Positions 1 through 8,926 of a DNA stretch of 64,000 nt are shown piece after piece (the stretch's first letter is position 1; each line of letters starts with the position of its first letter). The stretch is from contig CAYPNB010000006.1 in assembly GCA_964412225.1 (NCBI GenBank), positions 25,378-89,377 of the forward strand, read 5' to 3'. The notes below the pieces were generated by a model. The model had not been told where the DNA came from, did no database searches, and was given only the letters and a program-made list of their open reading frames with translations. Made by a program: the position numbers and the translations under genes. The DNA is from an uncultured bacterium (GTDB lineage Bacteria; Hydrothermota; Tepidihabitantia; Tepidihabitantales; Tepidihabitantaceae).

Positions 1-11
1 TCTGGCTTGGG

Positions 12-998
12 TTGTGGTTATATCTTACTTTCGTCGCCCCGCTCATCGGCATCGTTTTCCGCCGGTTATTTCCCCAGCAGGTTGTCCTTGTTACCGATTT
101 CAACCGGGATAAACAGGCTCTCCTTCGCTGGTGGGGTTTTGATGTTGTCCGGGTGGTTGCGATTGAGGACCTGGTGACCTGGCTTAAGGAGCGTTCTGAC
201 CCGGTGGGCCGGGTGAAAGATTTTCATATGGTTGTAATTGACATCACCGACCCCCGTACCGAACAAATTGCTTCGGCTCTCGCCCCCAAGTACTTTGTTG
301 ATTTTGTTGGCATTCGTTCTTTCCGGATGTCCGCCTATCTCCTTGGGCCGCATCCCCGGGCGATAGGGCCGTTTGTTACCGATGGAATCGCCCGGCGGCT
401 GAAGCGGCTGGTGGACCTTTTTATTGTGGTTGTTGCCCTGGCTATTCTTTGCCCGTTTATGCTCATCATCGCCCTTTTGATTAAACTGACCAGCCCCGGG
501 CCGGTGTTTTATCGTCACCGGCGTCTGGGGAGAAATATGCGCGAGTTTGATGTCCTGAAGTTTCGCACAATGTACCAGGATGCGGACCGGCGATTGGATG
601 AGATTCTTAAGAACGATCCGGAAAAGAGAATGGAATTTGAGAAGACATTTAAACTTAAAAACGACCCCCGGGTTACTGCGGTGGGCAAGTGGCTACGTCG
701 GTTGAGCTTTGATGAACTGCCGCAGTTGCTCAATGTTCTCGCCGGACAGATGAGTTTGGTTGGGCCCCGGCCGATAGTAGAAAAAGAGGTCAATTACTAT
801 CAGGACTATTCGTTGCTTCTTTTTCGGGTGCCGCCCGGGCTAACCGGCTTGTGGCAGATTTCGGGCCGAACCGACACCAGTTATGAAGAGCGGGTGCGTC
901 TTGATACCCGTTATGTCCGGGAGTGGACCCTGGCCGGCGACGTGGCGATAATTTTTAAGACTTTACCGGCGGTGATTTCCCGGCGCGGGGCATATTAA
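12..998 (+). CDS. Bacterial sugar transferase (polyprenyl glycosylphosphotransferase, WbaP/WcaJ-like), probably 5'-truncated by the window edge
   Basis: Classic Bac_transf C-terminal region (PGLTGLWQISGR...EERVRLD..Y). Hydrophobic segment before the catalytic domain. The reading frame stays open to position 3, so the true start is likely upstream of the window. Confidence 0.8.
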   Translation: MWLYLTFVAPLIGIVFRRLFPQQVVLVTDFNRDKQALLRWWGFDVVRVVAIEDLVTWLKERSDPVGRVKDFHMVVIDITDPRTEQIASALAPKYFVDFVGIRSFRMSAYLLGPHPRAIGPFVTDGIARRLKRLVDLFIVVVALAILCPFMLIIALLIKLTSPGPVFYRHRRLGRNMREFDVLKFRTMYQDADRRLDEILKNDPEKRMEFEKTFKLKNDPRVTAVGKWLRRLSFDELPQLLNVLAGQMSLVGPRPIVEKEVNYYQDYSLLLFRVPPGLTGLWQISGRTDTSYEERVRLDTRYVREWTLAGDVAIIFKTLPAVISRRGAY

Positions 999-1004
999 AT
1001 TGGC

Positions 1005-1940
1005 TTGGGAGTAAAAAAGGAGGAATCGGTGATTATTGAACCTGCGGATGTGGTTGCTGTTCGGCTGGCAGAGAGCCGGGCTCTTTTCCCGTCTCCGGTT
1101 GACCTTGCTCGTGCCGGTCTGGAGCCGGATGAGTACCGTCGGCGCATAGCACAATTGGTTGCAGCGGGGGTTATCCGTTCCTTCCACCTGACATTGGTTG
1201 TACCGCCACTTATGGGGGGGAGCTGGGTCTGGGCCGCGGTGCTGGCGCAGAGCGACCGTCCGCTGGAAAGTGCCCGGCATCTGGTCAGCCGGTTACCGTT
1301 TGTGACCGAAATTGTGATCAACGCCAGTTTGCCGCTGGGCATCGGGCCAAATCTCGCCCTGCTCTTCTATTCCCGGGATTTTGAAACCGAGACCCGGTTC
1401 ATCAGAAGTCTTACCGGATTAAAACAACTGGAGGTGTTCCGGATTCAGGAGTTCTCGTTTCCGGTCAGCGTCTCCCTTTCCCGGGAGGAAAAAAGTTTTA
1501 TTCGTTTTCTGATGGAAAATGCGGGGCTGGATAGCGAAGCCATCGCCGCTAACTTCGGCCAGACCGTTACCTGGGTCCAAGCAAAACTGGAACGGCTTTT
1601 CTGGACTGAGAATAACCGCACCGGGGTGGTGCGGATTCAGCCGACGATTGACTGGACACCGGTCAGTAATTTTGGCCATTTTCATTTTCTGGTGGAAACC
1701 AGCCATCGTCCTGAGCAACTTGTCAAACTGCTCGGCGACCAGGGGATGGGTCTTGTTCTAGGGGGGCGAGAGATTAACGGGCGATACATTGGCATTGAAG
1801 CGGATATTTGGGGAATTGCCAAGTTGATGGAGCGGGTAGAGTTTCTGGACCGGATTACCGGGATCCGGGTAGCGGCTATCCTTTACAATCGGGAGGTTAT
1901 TATCAACGACGAATGGGTGGGCCGGATGATCGCGGTTTAG
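1005..1940 (+). CDS. Hypothetical protein, possibly a duplicated Lrp/AsnC-like (HTH + RAM) fold
   Basis: Two halves, each with a small beta-alpha-beta-like domain; the second half begins with an HTH-like stretch (LSREEKSFIRFLMENAGLDSEAIAANFGQT). No firm motif. Confidence 0.3.
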   Translation: MGVKKEESVIIEPADVVAVRLAESRALFPSPVDLARAGLEPDEYRRRIAQLVAAGVIRSFHLTLVVPPLMGGSWVWAAVLAQSDRPLESARHLVSRLPFVTEIVINASLPLGIGPNLALLFYSRDFETETRFIRSLTGLKQLEVFRIQEFSFPVSVSLSREEKSFIRFLMENAGLDSEAIAANFGQTVTWVQAKLERLFWTENNRTGVVRIQPTIDWTPVSNFGHFHFLVETSHRPEQLVKLLGDQGMGLVLGGREINGRYIGIEADIWGIAKLMERVEFLDRITGIRVAAILYNREVIINDEWVGRMIAV

Positions 1941-4180
1941 TTTAGCAAAACGATTCGGCCGCTGTGTTTAATGGCGGTTGTTGAATCCAGCCGATAGAAA
2001 TAAACACCGGCGCCAGCCCTGAGCCGGCATTTAATCCGGCCCTGGTCCGATGTTGCTTGGCCGACCAGTCTACCCTGAGCATCCCATACTTTCAGCAGGG
2101 CACCCGGGGGGGCGGGGCAGGTAAAGACCGGAGTGGTGAGAAAAATTGTGCGGTCCGGGACGATTTTGAGTTGCTGGGGGGCACGCTGGTTTTCTGATAC
2201 TGCGGGCGGTAGCCCCCGGATACCGGCTTTGATTACCACCGCGTAAGGCTGTCGTACCGTATAGAGACAGCGGGCATAAACCCGGATTTTCCAGGTGCCA
2301 ACAAGGGGGCGGGATATTCGGCAAACCTCTTCCACATTCCGTTCGTCCCATTGCACGGGATTGGGTATTGACTGGCCGAGATAAAATTGATTTCCCCGAT
2401 AGCGATTGCCATCCGGGCTTTCCAGTTCCAGGTTCAGGTCGTTCACCAGGGCGATTTGAGCGGCAGGCGCTGCGGCGGTATCGGTCCAGGCCAGAACCAC
2501 CTTTAATGGCTCGCGGCGGTCGATTTCAATCTGGTATTCGTCAAACTGTCCGGTTTCCAGTCCGATGGTGTCATCAATAAATGTGAGGCTGACCGAGTCA
2601 TCGGGGAAATGCATAATCCGGGAGAGGTTGAGCCGACCCCAGCCAACCCGGTAGTCCGGAACCACACCGGAGCCGACATTGGTATCGGCACCGCAGATGG
2701 CAAACGCCCGGAGTAGTGCTGCGCTCGGTGCTTCAATCCGGTTTCCGGTTCTCGGGATGCCGTAGGGAAACCACCCTTCTTTTAAATACTGACGGAGAAG
2801 GATAAGGGCACCACTTACCGCGGGGGAAGCAAGACTGGTTCCCTGGCGGACACTGTAGCCGTTGACGCCAGCACCGTCAACGGTCCAGACCGACTCTGCC
2901 GGAGCGACCACATTGGGTTTTATCCGCTGATCCCGGGTGGGACCTGCCGAGGAAAGCGAATAGACCAGGTTGCTTCTGGTGCCGTTACCACAGCCGCCAA
3001 CGGTAAGACAGTTTTTAGCACCGGAGGGATGTCCGATACGATACCGCTGGCCACCGCCATTTCCCGCTGCCCAGATTACCAGAAAACGTTTGTCCTGCCA
3101 GCAGACCGCGTCAACGGTTGCCTCGGCCAGGCGGTAATACCCTGGATTGTCCATTGTGCCAAAGGAACCTGAGACCTGGCGGACCGGTTCAGTCATTCCC
3201 AGGCTCAACCGGATTGAGTCCAGCATTTCGGTCAGATTATCAGAGTAAAGATACTCACCACTGGCGGTCGCGATGTCCAGGAAATAAAGGCGGGCATCCG
3301 GCGCCAGGCCGTCAAGCGAACTCAGATTGCCGCAGGCGGTGTCGTTGCCGGTAAGGGTTCCTGCGACCGCAGAACCGTGATAACCGGTACCCAGTTCGTC
3401 TCCAAACGCGGCCGAGCGGTAGAGTTTATAGGCGATTATCTTGCGGTGGGAAGGGTAGATTCCCGGTGCCTCCAGCGGCACCCAGGGGTCGCGAAACATA
3501 TCGTGTTCAGGATTAACCCCTGAGTCAAACAACCCGACAATCATCCCCTGTCCGCGGATGCCCCATCGCCATATCCGGCGGCTTTCTAATGGGTTCGGGA
3601 CAACCGAATCCCACCCGGTCTGCAGAACCCACTGGACGTCGCGGTTGAAAAAAGTAAGTGGGGCCCGGCTTTCAATCCAGGCGACGCCTTCGTCCCGGGC
3701 AAGGCTCATAAGATCGGCAGGCTGACCGGTAATTAATTCTCCGGGCCAGGTGACAACGATTGGCTGGTGGAGAAGGGAGGTTTTGGTACCGTTGCGGATT
3801 TCTGGCGCGAGTTTATATTCGGGCAGATAGGGACCGACCCAATCAACCGTTTCCGGGAGTTTTGCTCCGGGGCTGAAATTAGCGGTTTTCCGTACCACCA
3901 CTGTCTGGTAAGCGATATAGCATACCGGTTCCAAGCCGATCGCTTTGAGTTCGGCCAGCATCTTCTGCTGCACCGGTTGAGAAAAATGGATGAGCCAGTA
4001 ACGGTGTTCAGCGGTTATGAATGGCCGGGATGGGGTGATATTTACGTTTATGCCGTTGGCAAAGCAGATTTCTGAATAAAGATAGGGTTCGGGCGTTGCG
4101 GTTGCCCGATGAAGAGTTTTATTTAGCCCGGGTCCGAGGAAACTCAGGAGCGCCAGCCCGAGCCCTATGGCGCAGCTCAC
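1937..4180 (-). CDS. Subtilisin-like serine peptidase (S8) with N-terminal signal peptide and C-terminal T9SS/Por sorting domain
   Basis: S8 catalytic motifs (HGSAVAG; GTSLASPAVSGALILL). Signal peptide MSCAIGLGLALLSFL. C-terminus ...GVYFYRLDSTTAIKHSGRIVLLN typical of type IX secretion CTDs. Confidence 0.8.
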   Translation of the reverse strand: MSCAIGLGLALLSFLGPGLNKTLHRATATPEPYLYSEICFANGINVNITPSRPFITAEHRYWLIHFSQPVQQKMLAELKAIGLEPVCYIAYQTVVVRKTANFSPGAKLPETVDWVGPYLPEYKLAPEIRNGTKTSLLHQPIVVTWPGELITGQPADLMSLARDEGVAWIESRAPLTFFNRDVQWVLQTGWDSVVPNPLESRRIWRWGIRGQGMIVGLFDSGVNPEHDMFRDPWVPLEAPGIYPSHRKIIAYKLYRSAAFGDELGTGYHGSAVAGTLTGNDTACGNLSSLDGLAPDARLYFLDIATASGEYLYSDNLTEMLDSIRLSLGMTEPVRQVSGSFGTMDNPGYYRLAEATVDAVCWQDKRFLVIWAAGNGGGQRYRIGHPSGAKNCLTVGGCGNGTRSNLVYSLSSAGPTRDQRIKPNVVAPAESVWTVDGAGVNGYSVRQGTSLASPAVSGALILLRQYLKEGWFPYGIPRTGNRIEAPSAALLRAFAICGADTNVGSGVVPDYRVGWGRLNLSRIMHFPDDSVSLTFIDDTIGLETGQFDEYQIEIDRREPLKVVLAWTDTAAAPAAQIALVNDLNLELESPDGNRYRGNQFYLGQSIPNPVQWDERNVEEVCRISRPLVGTWKIRVYARCLYTVRQPYAVVIKAGIRGLPPAVSENQRAPQQLKIVPDRTIFLTTPVFTCPAPPGALLKVWDAQGRLVGQATSDQGRIKCRLRAGAGVYFYRLDSTTAIKHSGRIVLLN

Positions 4181-4181
4181 A

Positions 4182-5255
4182 TTATAACTTCAGGATTTCT
4201 ACGATTGCCGCAGTTACCGCTTTCATATCCTCCATTGTTAGGTCGCCCATATGGGCGATACGGAATGTCTTTTCCTTCAGGTCACCGTAGCCGTTGGAGA
4301 TCTGCATACCCCGTTGACCCAGAGCGGTATTTAAATCCTTAACGCTGATTCCCCGGGTGTTTGTTACTGTGGTAAGGGTAACCGATTCATAACCCGGTTC
4401 CGGGAAAAGGGCGAAGTATTTTTTTGCCCATTCCCGGGTGAACTCTGCCATTTGCCGGTGCCGCTGGTAGCGGTTCTCCATCCCTTCTTTCAAAATGGCA
4501 TCCAACTGAACATCCAGGGCCCAGAACAGGGAGATGGCGGGCGTAGTCGGTGTTTGTTTGTCCTTCTCATACCGTTTGAACATCGCGTCGTAGTCAAAGT
4601 AGTAACCCCGGTCCGGAATGGTCCGGCATTTTTCCATTGCCCGCGGCGATACAATCGCCACCGCTATTCCCGGAGGCAGCGCGACGCACTTCTGGCTGGA
4701 GGCGACAACCACATCCAGGCCCAGGGCGTCAATTTCAAACCAGTCGCCCATCAAACTGGAGACCGCATCAACCAGAATAAGCACATCGGGATATTTTGTC
4801 CGAATCATCTGGGCGATTTCCTCAATCGGGGAGCGGACGCCGGTTGATGTCTCGTTCTGGGTGATGGTTACCGCTTCAAATCCGCCTTTTGCCAGTTCGG
4901 CATCAACCAGCTCCGGTTTTATCGCCTTGCCCCATTCAACCCGGAGTGCCACCGCTTCCTTGCCACAGGCCTGTGCTATCTTGAACCAGCGGTCGGAAAA
5001 GGCGCCGTTAACGCAGTGCAGGACCTTTCTGTTAACGGTGTTGCGGATTGCCCCTTCCATCAGGCCGGTGCCCGATGCGGTCCACCAAAAAACATAGTTC
5101 TTTGTCTTGAGGATTTTTTGTGTCTTTTCCACGCACCGTTGATTCAATTCGCCGAACTCCTTGGAGCGGTGGCCGATCATCCACTGCGCCTGCGCTTTTA
5201 ACACCTCTTCCCGCACCTCGGTCGGGCCGGGAACAAAAAGTTTTTTATGAGCCAT
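4182..5255 (-). CDS. Class V aminotransferase (serine-pyruvate / phosphoserine aminotransferase-like)
   Basis: Full-length class V aminotransferase fold (~357 aa). Sits next to a divergently oriented serA. Confidence 0.75.
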   Translation of the reverse strand: MAHKKLFVPGPTEVREEVLKAQAQWMIGHRSKEFGELNQRCVEKTQKILKTKNYVFWWTASGTGLMEGAIRNTVNRKVLHCVNGAFSDRWFKIAQACGKEAVALRVEWGKAIKPELVDAELAKGGFEAVTITQNETSTGVRSPIEEIAQMIRTKYPDVLILVDAVSSLMGDWFEIDALGLDVVVASSQKCVALPPGIAVAIVSPRAMEKCRTIPDRGYYFDYDAMFKRYEKDKQTPTTPAISLFWALDVQLDAILKEGMENRYQRHRQMAEFTREWAKKYFALFPEPGYESVTLTTVTNTRGISVKDLNTALGQRGMQISNGYGDLKEKTFRIAHMGDLTMEDMKAVTAAIVEILKL

Positions 5256-5258
5256 TTC

Positions 5259-5663
5259 TTATCCTCCTTTTTCGGCAATTATTTTTACCAGACATTGGCG
5301 TTCACGAGGGCCGTCAAACTCACAGAAAAATACCCCTTGCCATCTACCCAATGCCAGCCGGCCATCCGTCACCGGAATCGCCTGGCAACAACCGACAAGA
5401 ACCGATTTGATGTGGGCGTCGGCGTTACCTTCGGTGTGATGGTAATGGCGATCAGCTGGAACGAGCCGGGACAGGGTGGTGATGATATCTTCTGCTACAG
5501 CCGGGTCATAGCTCTCGTTTACCGTTACACCGGCGGTGGTGTGAGGGACATAAATAAAACAAACACCAGATGTCACACCGCTTTTCTTTACCGCTTCCTG
5601 GACTAGGACGGTGATGTCAATCAGTTCCGTCCGGCGGTGGGTTGTAACCGAGAATGAGAGCAT
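5259..5663 (-). CDS. yjbQ: YjbQ/UPF0047 family protein (secondary thiamine-phosphate synthase-like)
   Basis: 134 aa with YjbQ signature (ITVLVQEAV...GVCFIYVPHTTAGVTVNE...HIKSVLVG). Confidence 0.75.
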   Translation of the reverse strand: MLSFSVTTHRRTELIDITVLVQEAVKKSGVTSGVCFIYVPHTTAGVTVNESYDPAVAEDIITTLSRLVPADRHYHHTEGNADAHIKSVLVGCCQAIPVTDGRLALGRWQGVFFCEFDGPRERQCLVKIIAEKGG

Positions 5664-5771
5664 ACCCAGTTTCTATCTTATCTGCCTATTTGCTTCTGTC
5701 AACAGAGTGCGCCGGTTGACCGGTAAGGAAGATTCAGATATTATTAATCAATCAAACAAAGGAGTTAACCG

Positions 5772-6674
5772 ATGAAAATAATTATTACCGACCCGATTGC
5801 ACCGGAAGGTGTGCAGATGTTACGCGAAGCCGGATTTACCGTTGATGAGAAACCGGGGTTAACGCCGGCCGAACTGCTTCAGGTGATTCCCGAATATGAT
5901 GCCATCATTGTCCGCAGCGCCACCAAGGTGACCGCGGAGGTGATTGCCGCCGGCAAGAACCTGAAGGTAATCGGCCGGGCGGGTGTTGGTCTGGACAATG
6001 TGGACAAAAAGGCCGCGGATGCGCGGGGGATTAAGGTGGTTAATACACCCGAGGCAACGTCAATATCGGTTGCCGAACTGGCGCTGGGGATGATGTTCGC
6101 CTGTGCCCGTTCTATTCCGCAGGCAACCGCTTCGTTGCGTGCCGGCAAATGGGAGAAGAAGGCTTTCCACGGAATAGAGCTTTACGGTAAGACGCTGGGT
6201 ATTATTGGTTCAGGAAGGATTGGTACGGAACTGGCGAAGCGGGCGCTGGCACTGGGGATGAAGGTGCTGGTTTACGACCTGCCCGGGGTGAAACCGGCAT
6301 ATGGCGAATCGGTTGCACTGGATGAGCTTCTTGCCCGAGCCGATTTCATATCGTTACATATTCCGAAGACCCCCGAGACCTATCACATTCTGAACCGGGA
6401 TGCCTTTGCCAAAATGAAGAAAGGCGTGGTTATTGTCAACTGTGCCCGGGGTGGGGTGATTGATGAGGCGGCTTTGTTTGATGCGCTTCAGTCCGGACTG
6501 GTGGCAGCGGCAGCGCTGGATGTGTTTGAGAAGGAGCCGCTGGATGACTTCCGGCTTTTCTCGCTTCCCCAGGTTATTGGAACACCCCACATTGGTGCTC
6601 AGACCAAAGAGGGTCAGCGCCGGGCAGGGGTCCAGATTGCGGAAAAGGTTCGGGATGCCTTAAAGGAGTCATAA
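5772..6674 (+). CDS. serA: D-3-phosphoglycerate dehydrogenase (short form, 2-hydroxyacid dehydrogenase family)
   Basis: NAD-binding GxGxxG (GIIGSGRIGTELAKRA) and D-isomer 2-hydroxyacid dehydrogenase catalytic region. 300 aa. Confidence 0.8.
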   Translation: MKIIITDPIAPEGVQMLREAGFTVDEKPGLTPAELLQVIPEYDAIIVRSATKVTAEVIAAGKNLKVIGRAGVGLDNVDKKAADARGIKVVNTPEATSISVAELALGMMFACARSIPQATASLRAGKWEKKAFHGIELYGKTLGIIGSGRIGTELAKRALALGMKVLVYDLPGVKPAYGESVALDELLARADFISLHIPKTPETYHILNRDAFAKMKKGVVIVNCARGGVIDEAALFDALQSGLVAAAALDVFEKEPLDDFRLFSLPQVIGTPHIGAQTKEGQRRAGVQIAEKVRDALKES

Positions 6675-7948
6675 TGGCTGATGTCAGGCCGTTTCCTGCG
6701 ATTCACTACAACCCGGCGAAGGTGGTAGAACTGAGCGATGTGATTACCCAGCCCTATGATAAGGTTACTCCGAAGATGCGGGAGGGGTACCTTGCCCGTC
6801 ATTCCTATAATTTCATCCGGTTGATTCTGCCCGGTGGCGATGATCCGTATACCGTTTCGGCCCGGACCTGTACCGAGTGGCTCAAGCAGGGAATTCTGGT
6901 GCGGGATAACCAGCCGGCGTATTACATTTTAGAGGAGGAGTTCCAGTTGGACAATACTACTCTAAAACGCCGGGGGTTTATCGGCGCCATCCGGGTGGAG
7001 GAGTTTGAAAAAGGGACAGTCCTGCCCCATGAGTTCACCCATTCCGGACCGAAGGCAGACCGGCTGGCACTACTGCGGGCCACGGCGAAGGATTACGAGC
7101 AGATATTTTTTCTTTACCCGGACCAGTCCGGAGAGATTGACCGGCTGCTTGTTACCGAAGGAGAGCCGGAGATGGTGGCAACCGATGAGTACGGTGTTAT
7201 CCACCGGTTATGGCGGTTGACCGATCCCGGGCGGGTTCAGGCTTTGCGTCAGGCGATGGTTTCCCGGGTGGTGCTGATTGCCGATGGTCATCATCGGTAC
7301 GAAACCGCGCTTAATTATCGTCGGGAGATGGAAGATAAGGGGGTGGTGCCCGAAGACGCAGCCCTGCGTTTCAAGACGGCGGCGTTTTTCAAAATCACCG
7401 ACCCCGGCCTGGTTATTTTACCTACCCATCGGTTGCTTAAAGGCGTCCAATTTCCGCTGGCCGATGTGCTCAATGGACTTGCCGAAATGTTTACCGTCCA
7501 GGCGGTTCCAGACGAGAAGGCGAAAGCAGAGTTAGAAAAACGGCGTCAGGAGCACGCTTTTGTTCTCTACTACGGCAGGGGTAAAAGCTATCTTTTGGTT
7601 CTTCGCGAGAAGGCGGGGCGGGAGCGGTTCTTTTCACCAGACCGCAGCCCGGAATACCGGGAACTGGATGTGGCTTTGCTTCATACCCTGGTGATTGAGC
7701 GGGTGTTTGGCATCAAACCGGATGAGGTGGAAGGGCGGGTGCTTTATGAGCGCTACTGGGATGATACCCTGGCCCGGGTTGATAGTGGTGAGGCGGACTG
7801 TGCTCTTTTCCTCAATCCCACCCGTCCGGAGCAGGTTCAGGCGCTGGCGGCAAAGAAAGAGCGGATGCCCCAGAAGTCTACCGATTTTTATCCCAAACTG
7901 ATTTCGGGAATGGTATTTATGGATGTTGCACCAGGTAACCGGCTTTGA
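6674..7948 (+). CDS. DUF1015 family protein
   Basis: N-terminal MADVRPFPAIHY...VITQPYDKV matches the DUF1015 start signature. ~420 aa. Start codon overlaps the serA stop (operon). Confidence 0.7.
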   Translation: MADVRPFPAIHYNPAKVVELSDVITQPYDKVTPKMREGYLARHSYNFIRLILPGGDDPYTVSARTCTEWLKQGILVRDNQPAYYILEEEFQLDNTTLKRRGFIGAIRVEEFEKGTVLPHEFTHSGPKADRLALLRATAKDYEQIFFLYPDQSGEIDRLLVTEGEPEMVATDEYGVIHRLWRLTDPGRVQALRQAMVSRVVLIADGHHRYETALNYRREMEDKGVVPEDAALRFKTAAFFKITDPGLVILPTHRLLKGVQFPLADVLNGLAEMFTVQAVPDEKAKAELEKRRQEHAFVLYYGRGKSYLLVLREKAGRERFFSPDRSPEYRELDVALLHTLVIERVFGIKPDEVEGRVLYERYWDDTLARVDSGEADCALFLNPTRPEQVQALAAKKERMPQKSTDFYPKLISGMVFMDVAPGNRL

Positions 7949-7961
7949 GGCATAAAGGGGT

Positions 7962-8924
7962 ATGCCGGCCAATTTAACCCCGGAGTATAAACAGGCAGAA
8001 GAGAAGTTCCGTCAGGCAAAGACGCCGGAGGAAAAACTGCTCTGTCTGGAAGAGATGCTTGCCACCATCCCCAAGCATAAGGGGACGGAGAAGATGCAGG
8101 CGGATATCAAAAGCCGGATTGCCCGGTTGCGTCGGGAGCTTTCCGAGGGGCAGAAGGGCGGTAAACGTTCCGACTGGTTCCACATTGAGAAACAGGGGGC
8201 GGGCCAGGTGGTGGTGTTCGGTCCACCCAATTCCGGGAAATCGGCGCTGGTGAAAACCCTGACCGGGTTGAATACCGAGGTTGCCGCCTATCCCTTTACC
8301 ACCACCCGTCCCCTTGCCGGGATGATGAAATTTGAGGACATTCAGATTCAGTTGATTGATACGCCGCCGCTGGTGTCAGATTCGCCCCCCTGGTTATTTC
8401 ACATCCTTCGCACCGCCGATGTCCTTGTCTGGCTGATTGACCTTGCCGATGATGCGGTGCTGGAGGCGACCGAGCAGGTCCAGCAGTTGCTGGTGCAGAA
8501 CCGGATTGTCGGTCCCGAGGCTTACCGCCAGCCACCTCTGTTGCGCGTCGGCACGAAGGCGGATGACCGGCAGGCAAAGGAACGGCTGGCGATTCTGCGG
8601 GAGATGATCGGCGATGTGCCGGTGCTTTTGGTCTCAGTTGAGACAAAACAGGGGCTGGAGGAGTTCGGGCGGCAGGTGTTTGTCAGTTTAAATATCATCC
8701 GGGTTTACACCAAAAAGCCGGGCAAGCCACCGGATATGGATGACCCGGTGATATTAAAGGTCCCGGCGACGGTGATTGATGCCGCCTATTATTTACATAA
8801 AGACTTTGCCCGCAAGCTTTCCTATGCCCGGCTCTGGAACGCAAACGGGTTTTCCGGTCAGCGGGTGGAGCGGGAGCATCTCCTCGCGGACAGGGATATT
8901 GTTGAATTTCACATTCAGGAGTAA
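7962..8924 (+). CDS. DRG-type (developmentally regulated GTP-binding protein-like, Obg superfamily) GTPase with C-terminal TGS domain
   Basis: N-terminal helical region ARLRRELS. G1 motif GPPNSGKSALV, G2 FTT, G3 DTPP. C-terminal TGS-like beta-grasp. Collinear with archaeal/eukaryotic DRG. Confidence 0.7.
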   Translation: MPANLTPEYKQAEEKFRQAKTPEEKLLCLEEMLATIPKHKGTEKMQADIKSRIARLRRELSEGQKGGKRSDWFHIEKQGAGQVVVFGPPNSGKSALVKTLTGLNTEVAAYPFTTTRPLAGMMKFEDIQIQLIDTPPLVSDSPPWLFHILRTADVLVWLIDLADDAVLEATEQVQQLLVQNRIVGPEAYRQPPLLRVGTKADDRQAKERLAILREMIGDVPVLLVSVETKQGLEEFGRQVFVSLNIIRVYTKKPGKPPDMDDPVILKVPATVIDAAYYLHKDFARKLSYARLWNANGFSGQRVEREHLLADRDIVEFHIQE

Positions 8925-8926
8925 AA

